A DNA stretch of 64,000 bases from IMG/VR virus record IMGVR_UViG_3300033076_001232, positions 142,435-206,434 of that record; one strand, written 5' to 3'. The notes beneath the pieces were generated by a model. It was not told where the DNA came from. It saw nothing but the letters and a program-made list of their open reading frames with translations, and did not search any database. Position numbers and translations under genes: made by a program. Below, piece by piece: positions 55,066 through 64,000 of the stretch (position 1 is the stretch's first letter; each line of letters opens with the position of its first letter). The DNA comes from a virus. Its lineage: Duplodnaviria; Heunggongvirae; Uroviricota; Caudoviricetes.

Positions 55066-56745
55066 TTAATAATTTACTTGTCCAGCATATCCAGGAGCTA
55101 TTAAATATAAGTTTAATGAACCCCCACTTACTGGTGAATTTATTGTATATGAACTTAAACCTGGGTACGTGGACTTGAGATTCGTTGTACCGTTATTTAA
55201 TGCAGTATACTGGGATGACGTATAAAAAGCAGAAGGAGGAGTAGATACCCAGGAGTTAAATCTTCCTTGCTTTTTAGCACTTACATAATATTTGTCAGTA
55301 ACAGTAAGTCGTCCGTCATTATTTACATCATACATATTCCAGTGTAAACTCTTACGAGGAGTAAGCCCAAGAACTACACTTCCTATCGAAGTTAGATCAG
55401 ACTGCTGGATGGAAGTTATTGGGGTAGGCGCATCAAATTGGATATACCATTCGGTTGCCGGATTGGTAGATTGTGAGACACTCCAATAACCAGATGAATT
55501 AGTATAAACTGTTTGTTGTAAAACCCAAGGGGTAAATCCCATGATATAATCAAACTCTATCACATATGGTAGCGAAGTGTTAGGTAAATCGTTCCATTTA
55601 CCACCTCCTACAAATTGTGTATAATCCTCTCCTCCTGCATCGTTTGGTTCTCCACCGTTCCAATTGGTGTATTGATTTAATTTATATCTGTACGCATATA
55701 GATTATATGTTCTATCTATTTCATCCGCAGTTAGAGCTCTATTGAAAACCTGAAAGTCACCCAATCTAAATGAGCCATATCCTCCATGACCCATATTAGT
55801 AAGATCAGATAAACCTAAAGCAAAATATTCACCGTTTCCTGCGTATAAATGAGCAGCTTCTCTCTGAAAGTTAGCGGATCCAAAGTTAACATTATTTAGA
55901 TATCCCCTCATGGTAGTACCATCGTAGGTAATTGCAACTAAGTGCCATGAATTCAAAGTAATTAATGTACTTAATTGAGCAATTCCAGACCCGGTCCAAA
56001 AACCTATCCGTAGAGTGTTATTTCCAGTAATTTCCATAACCGATTCATGCCATCCTGAGGAAGGCGAGGGTGCACCTAGTTCGCTAGCAATAACCCCATT
56101 GCCCGTCGGGTAAACCCACGCAAGAAGAGTAATAACATTTGTGCTTCCAATCTTGGTGGCTAAGTTTCCAGTGATTGCATATGTGCTGGATCCATTGAAT
56201 GTTAAGTATTTACCTCCGGTGCTTGTATATGTAGGGGAGTTATATAAAGTAGCGTTAGTAGGAGAAGCTGTGATGTCAGGTAGAGTTGTTCCTCCAACGT
56301 AAGAAGAAACATCATAATCAGCTTGGAGGTTCGTTGTTACTTTACTTTCAGTCCATCTATAACCTCCTGATGGTTCCGAATATGTGTAACCTGCAATTCT
56401 GTCCTGATAATAACCAATCCATCCGGAAGGCCAAGTATTAAAAAGGAAGTTATTTTCAGCTAGATTGGAAACAGTAGCAAGGTGACCTCCCATGTTTTCA
56501 CAAGCAGCTTTTGCTGCAGTCCATGTCATAGATCCGGTTGATCTATAATAAGAATGACCATTGTAATTAGTTTGTGATGTGAATCCTGTTAGTGTTGGTG
56601 TTGTTCTCTTATAAAGTTTAACCGGAACGTTTACAGCACCAGTTCCATTTGCATTGTAAACGTAACCTGAATATGTAAAAGTCTGACCCAAGACTACGTC
56701 AGCAAAAAAAATCAATAAAGTCCATATAACCGATCTTAATCTCAT
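55066..56745 (-). CDS. Secreted C-type-lectin-like protein with LamG/concanavalin-like domain inserted
   Basis: Signal peptide; WTAAKAACENMGGHLATVSNLAENNFL ... GGEPNDAGGEDYTQFVGGGKWND (EPN/WND CTLD motifs) flanking LamG-like LNSWHLVAITYDG segment. Confidence 0.5.
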   Translation of the reverse strand: MRLRSVIWTLLIFFADVVLGQTFTYSGYVYNANGTGAVNVPVKLYKRTTPTLTGFTSQTNYNGHSYYRSTGSMTWTAAKAACENMGGHLATVSNLAENNFLFNTWPSGWIGYYQDRIAGYTYSEPSGGYRWTESKVTTNLQADYDVSSYVGGTTLPDITASPTNATLYNSPTYTSTGGKYLTFNGSSTYAITGNLATKIGSTNVITLLAWVYPTGNGVIASELGAPSPSSGWHESVMEITGNNTLRIGFWTGSGIAQLSTLITLNSWHLVAITYDGTTMRGYLNNVNFGSANFQREAAHLYAGNGEYFALGLSDLTNMGHGGYGSFRLGDFQVFNRALTADEIDRTYNLYAYRYKLNQYTNWNGGEPNDAGGEDYTQFVGGGKWNDLPNTSLPYVIEFDYIMGFTPWVLQQTVYTNSSGYWSVSQSTNPATEWYIQFDAPTPITSIQQSDLTSIGSVVLGLTPRKSLHWNMYDVNNDGRLTVTDKYYVSAKKQGRFNSWVSTPPSAFYTSSQYTALNNGTTNLKSTYPGLSSYTINSPVSGGSLNLYLIAPGYAGQVNY

Positions 56746-58427
56746 AATAAAAATCTTGTTCCCATCATAACGGTGTAGTTCAAAGCATTTTCTTTAATTG
56801 CCCATGCCCCACCTCCGTTGATGTTTAGTTTAAATTTTTTAGTGATCCCAATGTTGGTACCTAAGATAGGTAAAACAACATGTGGGGATTTTAGAAGTAT
56901 ATCGTTATAGTAGCTCACGTAAGGAGCATAAACATAAAGCCCCATAAGTTTAACTTCTATTCTTTTACCGATCTTCATATCATACATAGTACCAGCAATA
57001 GCTGCAGTCCCTATGAATGGAGCACCATAAACAGAACCAGCTGAAGCGGTTAACATATAAAGAGCTTTAGCTTTTTTATCTTTACCTAAGTTCCACATTT
57101 GTCCAGCTGTGAATGTTCCATATATGGACATCCTCTGATCGAATCCGATAGTTACTGCGGTAGATATTAGATCTATTCTTCTCTTGTGTATGAAGGCATA
57201 AAATCCACTAATATTGGGTCCTTTAATTGCCGTTGTGTAATCAATAAGAAACCCATAAGATCTTGCGCCATCCCATCTCAAAGCTGTATATCCTCCTGTG
57301 AATTTTCCACCATATGAAACATCAGAGTTTTTAAAATTGAACCCTACAAAATCGCTACTCGCTATAACTGAAGGTCTGTTTCCATTCTTATTTGTGGAAT
57401 TTTGAGCTGATGTAACCGATGATCCAACTATATTTGTTTTCCCGCCTCCTTCTGTTTTATCTGGATCTGTCTGTTCGTTGGCATTAGTAGTCTCATTTCC
57501 CTGAGATCCATTAGAAGATCCTCCCTGATTGTTTCCTTGTGAACCTGATGCAGAGGTCTCGTTTGTTTGAGTACTTCCTGTTGTTCCAGATTCGGTAGGC
57601 TGACCTGCGGTTTGTGAACCTTCAGATCCAGTAGATCCAGTAGTTGCTCCTACTGTTTGGTTGTTACTCTGTTCGTTTGATGATCCAGTGGATTGGTTAC
57701 CGCTAGAAGAGCCAGATTCACCGGATTGTCCTGCAGTTTGAGAAGTCGATGAAGATGATTTGATCTCTGATGTGGTTGTTTGACTATTACCCCCCGATGT
57801 AGACTGACCTGTGGTTTGTGAACTCTGACCCCCCGATTCAGTACTTGATCCAGTGTTTGTGGATGTTTGGTTCTGAGAATTCCCTGATCCGCCGGTCTGA
57901 GAAGTTGAATTGTTCTGCTGACTATTATTAGGTGAAGAACCGGAAGAATTGTTCTGTGCAGGATCATTATTGTTCGTATTAGAAGCATTAGAATTTTTCC
58001 CCTTACTGTTACCCTTCTTTTCGCTATTACTTGCATTAGAAGCGCTATTTACGCCCGATAACATATTAGTTGATCCACCTCCGAAGCTTTGTATTGCATC
58101 CAATGAGTTTATGATGCTCACGAAATTTAGAGATGCACTTTGAGCTATATTTATACTGGTCGGAAGACCTACTATAGATGCACATGGATTATTTCCTCCG
58201 AATGACCCGTAAACCCCCTGTGCCCACGTTTCAAAATTTCCATTATAAAAGTCAGTTGATTGGAAAGTATTGACTTGACCGTAATAGGTTACTGTAATAC
58301 CGTTAGAAGGGACGTTTATTGTCTTTAAATCCCCGGTACAAGGATCGGTATAAGAATATGCAATCTGCCCATACACGGAAGAAGAAAATAAAAGTGATAT
58401 GAGTATGAGCAGATGCTTAACATTCAT
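56742..58427 (-). CDS. Secreted protein: N-domain, ~250-aa S/T/G/N/Q mucin-like low-complexity region, C-terminal beta-barrel-like domain
   Basis: Signal peptide; extreme low complexity; alternating hydrophobic C-terminus ending ..GTRFLL. Confidence 0.5.
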   Translation of the reverse strand: MNVKHLLILISLLFSSSVYGQIAYSYTDPCTGDLKTINVPSNGITVTYYGQVNTFQSTDFYNGNFETWAQGVYGSFGGNNPCASIVGLPTSINIAQSASLNFVSIINSLDAIQSFGGGSTNMLSGVNSASNASNSEKKGNSKGKNSNASNTNNNDPAQNNSSGSSPNNSQQNNSTSQTGGSGNSQNQTSTNTGSSTESGGQSSQTTGQSTSGGNSQTTTSEIKSSSSTSQTAGQSGESGSSSGNQSTGSSNEQSNNQTVGATTGSTGSEGSQTAGQPTESGTTGSTQTNETSASGSQGNNQGGSSNGSQGNETTNANEQTDPDKTEGGGKTNIVGSSVTSAQNSTNKNGNRPSVIASSDFVGFNFKNSDVSYGGKFTGGYTALRWDGARSYGFLIDYTTAIKGPNISGFYAFIHKRRIDLISTAVTIGFDQRMSIYGTFTAGQMWNLGKDKKAKALYMLTASAGSVYGAPFIGTAAIAGTMYDMKIGKRIEVKLMGLYVYAPYVSYYNDILLKSPHVVLPILGTNIGITKKFKLNINGGGAWAIKENALNYTVMMGTRFLL

Positions 58428-58428
58428 T

Positions 58429-59151
58429 TTAGTTTTTAAATATTCCTTTTTTAATCATTCTTTGAACTATCCTAGCAGATGCTGTTTCTAATGATTTTTT
58501 AGTTGTTATTCCTATATGGGATTGATTGAATTTAATCTCAGATTCATCTATACCATCTAAGATGGAAACTGTTTTAACTGTATTAGCTTCGCCGAGACCA
58601 GATCCCATTATAATTTCTCCGGTTTCAGCATCTACAAATTTTATCTGTAGACCAAGACGGGTAATCTGGGTTGTCTGGGATTTACCGTCTATCTTTACAA
58701 CTTCGTCATCTGAAACTGAGAAATCATAAACCTCAATATAGACAAAATATTTAGCTAGCATAACCTTGCCTCTCCCGTCCATCGTATTAGCTGTGAATCC
58801 CTTATCCGAAGCTTTAAATTGTTGAACCATTCTTTCTTTGATCTCCAACTTATCCTCAGTAAATACAAAACGGTTAGTGTATTCCAGATACTCTAGAACG
58901 ATGTTTGTTACCCCGAGTCCAACTCTCTTATCTTTTAACTCCGGATACATCTCATATAAATCCTCATTGATTCCTATTTTAAGAATCTGTATAGGGATCT
59001 TGATAGTATCCATATACTCGGGTACTGAATCAAGAGACATTTTCTTTTCGAATCCAGCCTGATATTGCTCAGTCTTAATTGATCCGACAGGCTGAGCAAT
59101 AGATTTAGCTGATATTAGGATAAAAATAATTATTGATAAAAACCTTTTCAT
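58429..59151 (-). CDS. Secreted hypothetical protein (start MKRFLS)
   Basis: Start set at ATG in taagATGa context immediately after upstream stop; signal peptide. Confidence 0.45.
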   Translation of the reverse strand: MKRFLSIIIFILISAKSIAQPVGSIKTEQYQAGFEKKMSLDSVPEYMDTIKIPIQILKIGINEDLYEMYPELKDKRVGLGVTNIVLEYLEYTNRFVFTEDKLEIKERMVQQFKASDKGFTANTMDGRGKVMLAKYFVYIEVYDFSVSDDEVVKIDGKSQTTQITRLGLQIKFVDAETGEIIMGSGLGEANTVKTVSILDGIDESEIKFNQSHIGITTKKSLETASARIVQRMIKKGIFKN

Positions 59152-59152
59152 C

Positions 59153-59551
59153 TTATTCTTCATTAGGTTCTTGAGGAGTTGCTGTGTAGTCGTTATTAGC
59201 AACATTAGATAAAGAAACACCATCTTCCTCGTCTACCTTTTGGATAAGCATCTTATCTCTATCCTCAGAGTTAAACCAATAGTCAACAACTTTATTAAGG
59301 TTACCAACAAATGCTCCTAATAGAATCAATAGCATTTCTTTCCAATCTTCTTTAATTTCTACACCAAAGAAAACTGCGGAGTTTATTCCTGCGATGATGA
59401 AGAAAAATAATCCCAATACGATCGCTGTAATTCTCCATCTGTTTGCCTGCATTTGTTGAAGCATATAGTAGAAACGATTTTTGCTTTCTACCTTTACGAA
59501 ATCTTCTTTACCGAATCCCATAAATTTTTTAAAAGTATTTTTTACTGACAT
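59153..59551 (-). CDS. Small membrane protein
   Basis: Two TM helices. Confidence 0.45.
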   Translation of the reverse strand: MSVKNTFKKFMGFGKEDFVKVESKNRFYYMLQQMQANRWRITAIVLGLFFFIIAGINSAVFFGVEIKEDWKEMLLILLGAFVGNLNKVVDYWFNSEDRDKMLIQKVDEEDGVSLSNVANNDYTATPQEPNEE

Positions 59552-59571
59552 TTTATTTTAATTTATTTTGT

Positions 59572-59916
59572 TTACCATGGAGCATCTGTGCTCTCACTTT
59601 TTTCTTCTTTTTTCTTCTCATCTTTAGCTGGTTTTTCAACAACTCTTTCTTTAATTACAGTTGTACTTCCACCATTAGCATTAGATGAATTGCTCTCAGA
59701 TGAATTATCTACATTAAGATTGATAACCGGTTGTTGAGCTGGTGCAGCTTGTTCGGTTTTCGTTTCTTCCTCGTGTTCACCTCCTCCATTAAATAGAGCA
59801 ACACCTAGCCAAGTTCCACCACCAGCGATAAGTGTGGTTATTGTGCCGATAATGGTCTTTCTTAATCCTGACCAAGTTCCGTCGTTGTGATCTGTGCTTG
59901 TTGTTTCTTCAGACAT
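59572..59916 (-). CDS. Small membrane protein
   Basis: TM helix; K/E-rich tail. Confidence 0.45.
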   Translation of the reverse strand: MSEETTSTDHNDGTWSGLRKTIIGTITTLIAGGGTWLGVALFNGGGEHEEETKTEQAAPAQQPVINLNVDNSSESNSSNANGGSTTVIKERVVEKPAKDEKKKEEKSESTDAPW

Positions 59917-59926
59917 AATTATTAAT

Positions 59927-61849
59927 TTATTTTTGTTTTATTATTCTCAATCCCTCCGATTGATTCTGTGATTGAAGCGTTGCAATATAAATTCCCGATG
60001 CAAGATTTTGTATGTTAGAATAGTAAGTGTAATTTCCAGCTGGCATATTCTTTTCTAATATGATATGTTCAATAGAACCTTGAGAGTTCATAACGTATAT
60101 TTTTACGTTACCTGATTCTTTAACCGTAAAGTTGATGTAAAATTCTCCGGTTGTTGGGTTAGGATAAACTAAAGCCTTATCTGTACCATTCTCTATGGTT
60201 GCCATCTTGGCTACTATAAGTATACCATTCGTTGGAGTTATTGACATATCCTTGGATGCTAAATCCCCCGAGAATTTCCTCGTAGTGTATAGAGGAGAAG
60301 TTTCCCATTCTCCCTGTGGTTTCTTGGCAACGAATTTTAGAGTAAATACGTTATAGTTATCGGGTATCATATATTTCTTATCTGCAGATGGATCATATCC
60401 TGTCCATTCCACTATCCCATCCATTGGATTGATTGAAGAAATCCAAAACATAGATTTATCTGAATTCTGTAATTCCTTGAATTCAAGAAGATCTTCATCG
60501 TAAATCATACCCAGTTGGAGGGATGAGAGCATCTCACCGTTTGTTTTAACTGTAATAGGAAGTTCAACTAGATTGCCCTCGTTTACTTTTATAGTTGGCA
60601 TATTAACCTCCATAGTTTTTGTAGGAAAGTCGTATTCGACGTTCATATCGATTACATTTTCCATTGCTGATGGATAATTGGGATCAGGGTTAGGTAATAT
60701 GGTGATTGGTGTCATACGTGCCATATGATAACCAGTTGCGTTAGCGTCACCAGGAACAAGTACATAGAAAGTAACCGAATCTGGTTGGCCAGGTAGGATG
60801 TTATAGTAGAAGTTTGTTGTTCCTGCTATGGTAGAAGTGTAGTTAGTAGATGGAGATCCTGTAATTGTGTTATATTCTGATACGGTAAAGAATTTAACAT
60901 CTTTAACGTTGTTTGGCCAGAATGAGAATCTCCCCGATATTCTACCGAAAACTCCATAAGCGTCAGTGATAGTTAGATTGTTTGATCCATTAACGTCACC
61001 AGTATAAAAGTCCCATCCAGTAGGAGTAGCACCTCCTAGAATCCATTGATTTATTAATTGAGCATCTGCTGACGAAATAACGTTACCCACTCCCATTGTA
61101 TCACCTTTAATAGCTAAGCGTACATCATAGTATGTGGTATCAATTATTTCACTGAATGAGAAATCTCCATTTATGTCAGTAAGATAAGTTGCATGTTGAG
61201 ACCAAACTGAACCAGTTTTAACTTTTTTCTCTAAAGCGAGAGGTAAGTTTTTTGCTGGTGATCCTGTTACGTTGGTAAACGTACCATGGAAATCTAAATT
61301 AGGCTGATCCCATGCACCGCCGTAGCTGTATAGTGTTAAAGTGGTATCTGTTCCTGGTTGTGATGCAGCGTACTGATTATAAACCTGTGCACCCGTCCAT
61401 TTTAAAGAATCGATTGATGGTAGGGCGTAGAAAGATGCAGCTTGAACGTGGTTAAATGTTACCAAGAATCTTTCGCCGTCTGGTATAGTATATGTTGCGC
61501 TACTCCCGGTATAAACAAGAGTAATTGTTACATTTCCATTCACGTTGTTGTCTAAGAATTGTAAATCCAAATTGGAAGGAGATCCAATTAGAGAGACAGA
61601 TGCCGAAGAGAAAGCGTTTTTATCATAGAAAACTCTAAATTGGACACCAGTATACTTAGTAGCAGTGGTGTTCTTTAAAGTTATTCTAGCCTGAGATTGG
61701 TTTTGGGTAAAAGTACCTAATTGATAAGTGGTATCAATTAGGGCATAAATTCCATTTCCTGGTGCAGGCGGACCTGACTGCGCGAAGATGGTATTCACCG
61801 AAATTGAAAGCAAGCTTAGTAGCAATGCTAAGATAAAATTGTTTTTCAT
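59927..61849 (-). CDS. Secreted protein with type IX secretion system (T9SS) type-A C-terminal sorting domain
   Basis: Signal peptide; C-terminal LVYPNPTTGEFYINF..VKIYVMNSQG..GNYTYYSNIQNLASGIYIATLQS..RIIKQK matches Por_Secre_tail pattern. Confidence 0.7.
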   Translation of the reverse strand: MKNNFILALLLSLLSISVNTIFAQSGPPAPGNGIYALIDTTYQLGTFTQNQSQARITLKNTTATKYTGVQFRVFYDKNAFSSASVSLIGSPSNLDLQFLDNNVNGNVTITLVYTGSSATYTIPDGERFLVTFNHVQAASFYALPSIDSLKWTGAQVYNQYAASQPGTDTTLTLYSYGGAWDQPNLDFHGTFTNVTGSPAKNLPLALEKKVKTGSVWSQHATYLTDINGDFSFSEIIDTTYYDVRLAIKGDTMGVGNVISSADAQLINQWILGGATPTGWDFYTGDVNGSNNLTITDAYGVFGRISGRFSFWPNNVKDVKFFTVSEYNTITGSPSTNYTSTIAGTTNFYYNILPGQPDSVTFYVLVPGDANATGYHMARMTPITILPNPDPNYPSAMENVIDMNVEYDFPTKTMEVNMPTIKVNEGNLVELPITVKTNGEMLSSLQLGMIYDEDLLEFKELQNSDKSMFWISSINPMDGIVEWTGYDPSADKKYMIPDNYNVFTLKFVAKKPQGEWETSPLYTTRKFSGDLASKDMSITPTNGILIVAKMATIENGTDKALVYPNPTTGEFYINFTVKESGNVKIYVMNSQGSIEHIILEKNMPAGNYTYYSNIQNLASGIYIATLQSQNQSEGLRIIKQK

Positions 61850-61896
61850 GATGTAAGATGTTTGTTTTGGTTTTGGTTCTGGTTCTTTTTTAAGTC

Positions 61897-62727
61897 CTAC
61901 ACGGAGGTAAGAGCTTTATAGTATTCTTTGAAGTGTTTGATTCTATCAGCTAGACCTATAGTTCCTCCATTTACTCTTTTAGTAACTGCGGTAACAGTAG
62001 CATCATCTGCACCTCTATCGCATATTGACCACAATTTGTTTGAATCGAAGAAAAATGCTGCAGAAGCCAGAGGATATTTCGTTGCAACTAAATCCGGATT
62101 TGCCACACAATCTTCTCCAATGAACTTAGTAAAGTTAGTGTAGTTTGATTTTCCAGTTAATTGAATATAACCTCTACCTCTAAATTTGAAACCTTCTTTA
62201 GAAGCTTCGTCTCCATTACCCATTCTTGATGCGTAAACCCTGGATGCAATCTTCTCAGGTTGACGAGCATAAGATTCATTTAGATTTCCAGGAAAGTACT
62301 TACCGAATATCTTTTTCAAACCATCAGCAGAATAATTTAGGTTTTCTGTAACTGCCTTAAATCCTCCTGATTCGTGACCGCACTGCGCTAAAAAGTGGGC
62401 TAGTCTTAGGTTATTAGTGATGTTGAATTTTTTTGCAGTGTCTGGGATTTGTGCTAAAACTGCATCAGGAACGTGTCCTCTCAGACCTTCTAAATTTAAA
62501 TTTTCCATCTTAGGTACTGCTACCGGAGCTGATGCAGGCGCAGATTCACCAAACATTTTACTCCAGGTTCCAGGTCCTACAACACCGTCGGCTGTTAAAC
62601 CATTAGCTGCCTGCCACTCTTTTACCTTAGCCTCCGTTCCCGCTCCAAATACTCCGTCTGCACTTAATCCTAGTTTTTGTTGAAGCTTTTTCACTTCTTC
62701 TCCATTGGATCCTTTCTTTAGTAACAT
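61897..62727 (-). CDS. Endolysin: two PG_binding_1 repeats + GH19 (chitinase-like lysozyme) catalytic domain
   Basis: LQQKLGLSADGVFGAGT / LTADGVVGPGT repeats; HFLAQCGHESGG and FRGRGYIQLTGKSNY GH19 motifs. Confidence 0.75.
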   Translation of the reverse strand: MLLKKGSNGEEVKKLQQKLGLSADGVFGAGTEAKVKEWQAANGLTADGVVGPGTWSKMFGESAPASAPVAVPKMENLNLEGLRGHVPDAVLAQIPDTAKKFNITNNLRLAHFLAQCGHESGGFKAVTENLNYSADGLKKIFGKYFPGNLNESYARQPEKIASRVYASRMGNGDEASKEGFKFRGRGYIQLTGKSNYTNFTKFIGEDCVANPDLVATKYPLASAAFFFDSNKLWSICDRGADDATVTAVTKRVNGGTIGLADRIKHFKEYYKALTSV

Positions 62728-62832
62728 ATTTTTGATTTTTTTATTTATATATCCCCCCTTAAATTAAAAATCTCCCCTTAATTTTTTAATAACCGAATCT
62801 TTTTGATAACTTTAGGTATATAAAAATAAAGT

Positions 62833-63114
62833 ATGCACGAAAAACCACTTCTCCAAGATTTTAAAGCAGAGGCTGAAGGAGAAAATTGCATAAAGGTAAC
62901 AGTAGATCCGGACCTCAATCTCGAAGGAGCACATCTTAGAATACTAGGTCCATCCAGGAATTTACTCGTCACAATAAAACCCGTCAATATCGTCAACGAG
63001 ATCTGTCTTTCGACAGATAATCCGATGTTTGTTGAGCTTATAACTCCAAGCGGGGTTTCGGTCCATTATGTTTTTGGATCGGGTAAGGATTTTTACATTA
63101 AAAACTTAAACTAA
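62833..63114 (+). CDS. Hypothetical protein
   Basis: ORF track. Confidence 0.45.
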   Translation: MHEKPLLQDFKAEAEGENCIKVTVDPDLNLEGAHLRILGPSRNLLVTIKPVNIVNEICLSTDNPMFVELITPSGVSVHYVFGSGKDFYIKNLN

Positions 63115-63488
63115 TGGCAGGATACGATTTATTCCCTGATGAATTCGTTGCTCGATACAATGGATTCAAAGAGGGACAGTCCGGATTTTTCTATGATCCA
63201 TATTTGAAAACTCTTATCATCGGAAAAATAGTCGATCATAAATTGAAAGGCCGTGTTATACACAACGGGGTAACTCAAAAAGACATTGACCAGGGAAGAT
63301 ACCTCGCTGCTTGGAGAAACGGATATACCTACGGTGACTGGGATAAGCACGGTATGTTCTATGTGGGAAGACTCAGAAATTACACTAGTTTATCCGGGTA
63401 CATGGAGATACTAGAAACATTCGACGTAGAATCCGCAAAAAATTACTTTAAGACCAAGGAACTACTTCTTGATAATAAGCTCATTTAA
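63114..63488 (+). CDS. Hypothetical protein
   Basis: ORF track. Confidence 0.45.
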   Translation: MAGYDLFPDEFVARYNGFKEGQSGFFYDPYLKTLIIGKIVDHKLKGRVIHNGVTQKDIDQGRYLAAWRNGYTYGDWDKHGMFYVGRLRNYTSLSGYMEILETFDVESAKNYFKTKELLLDNKLI

Positions 63489-63540
63489 TTTTTTTATCCC
63501 GTAGTCAATAGTTATCTTTGTAATTATAAAATCAAAGAGA

Positions 63541-64000
63541 TGGGAAACAGAGAAAAAATAGATTGGGTCATAGCTCAGCACAGAGATACCAATCACATGT
63601 ACGATCAGTATCTTCCGTATGAATTTCATTTAAGAATGGTCGTAAATGCTGCTGGTCAATTCGAGCGTCTGCTATCCTCACAGGAACCAGAATTCATAGA
63701 GAGTATTAAACTTGCATGTTGGGGTCACGATCTAATTGAGGATACGAGAGTTTCCTACAACGACGTTAAGAATATTCTCGGATACAAGGCGGCGGATATG
63801 ATCTATGCTGTTACCAACGAGAAGGGAAGAAATCGAGAGCAGAGGGCAAACCCAAAATACTATGAGGGTATCAGAAATACCAAAGGAGCGGTTTTTGTTA
63901 AACTCTGCGACCGTATAGCAAACGTTCAGTACTCAAAGATGACAGGATCTAGAATGTTTGAAATGTACAAGAAGGAGAACGAGTCCTTCGGGAAATCCCT
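63541..64000 (+). CDS. HD-domain phosphohydrolase-like protein, 3'-truncated at window edge
   Basis: ACWGHDLIEDT HD motif; ORF runs off end of window. Confidence 0.5.

Noticed and set aside
57650-58036. 128-aa ORF (off-frame) and 64-aa + strand ORF 57949-58143 within the mucin-like gene
   Set aside because: Lie inside the S/T/G/N/Q repeat region of the 561-aa gene; produced by repeat composition, not an independent gene.
53341-62727. Interpretation of the minus-strand secreted-protein block as bacterial chromosome flanking an integrated element
   Set aside because: Compositionally similar to the rest; led by a phage-type endolysin; phage-style + strand genes (incl. an HD-domain gene) resume after it; no integrase or att repeats at the boundaries.
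1-64000. CRISPR array, rRNA, canonical tRNA genes, transposases/integrases
   Set aside because: No regular repeat-spacer structure and no tRNA-like cloverleaf outside the tmRNA. The 18-nt tandem repeat at 51731-51793 is coding. No recombinase motifs recognised in any ORF.

Overview
This window reads as one contiguous piece of a large virus-like genome, most likely a jumbo bacteriophage of a Bacteroidota host. It is AT-rich and packed with short genes that mostly abut or overlap by 1-4 nt (many ATGA and TAATG stop/start overlaps). It has no Shine-Dalgarno-like sites; starts instead sit in A-rich contexts such as AATAAGATGA. A GH19 endolysin carries peptidoglycan-binding repeats, and one protein carries a type IX secretion (T9SS) C-terminal sorting domain, both pointing to a Bacteroidota host. 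Genes run almost entirely on the + strand from 1 to ~53.3 kb. A convergent, bidirectional terminator then separates a minus-strand block (53.3-62.7 kb) of secreted or signal-peptide proteins headed by the endolysin, after which + strand genes resume. No capsid, terminase or DNA polymerase gene is recognisable here, so the window looks like an accessory, metabolic and host-takeover region. The recognisable content falls into five groups. (1) A full tmRNA gene (ssrA-like, G3:U70, tag AEEVELAVAA). (2) An RNA-repair-like cassette: AAA+ ATPase, Thg1-like 3'-5' polymerase, two HAD phosphatase paralogs, a SGNH-hydrolase/cysteine-phosphatase fusion and a thioredoxin, plus a truncated vWA protein at the window start. 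(3) Nucleotide and NAD metabolism: RNase HII, GMP reductase family, canonical thymidylate synthase with insertions, a second divergent ThyA/dCMP-hydroxymethylase-like gene, a PRPP-synthetase-like gene, NAMPT-like, macro domain and two nucleoside-2-deoxyribosyltransferase-family genes. (4) Unusual metabolic genes: methylglyoxal synthase, S-adenosylmethionine decarboxylase, an HslV-like Ntn peptidase and a GH16 glycoside hydrolase. (5) Large multi-domain glycosyltransferases (GT-B+FkbM; GT4+GT9) next to a secreted non-specific nuclease. Cell-wall enzymes are also present (SLT transglycosylase, CHAP peptidase, GH19 endolysin, YkuD-like protein). Several rho-independent terminators and a nested palindromic intergenic region are clear in the sequence. 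All functional calls rest on motif recognition by eye, with no database search.
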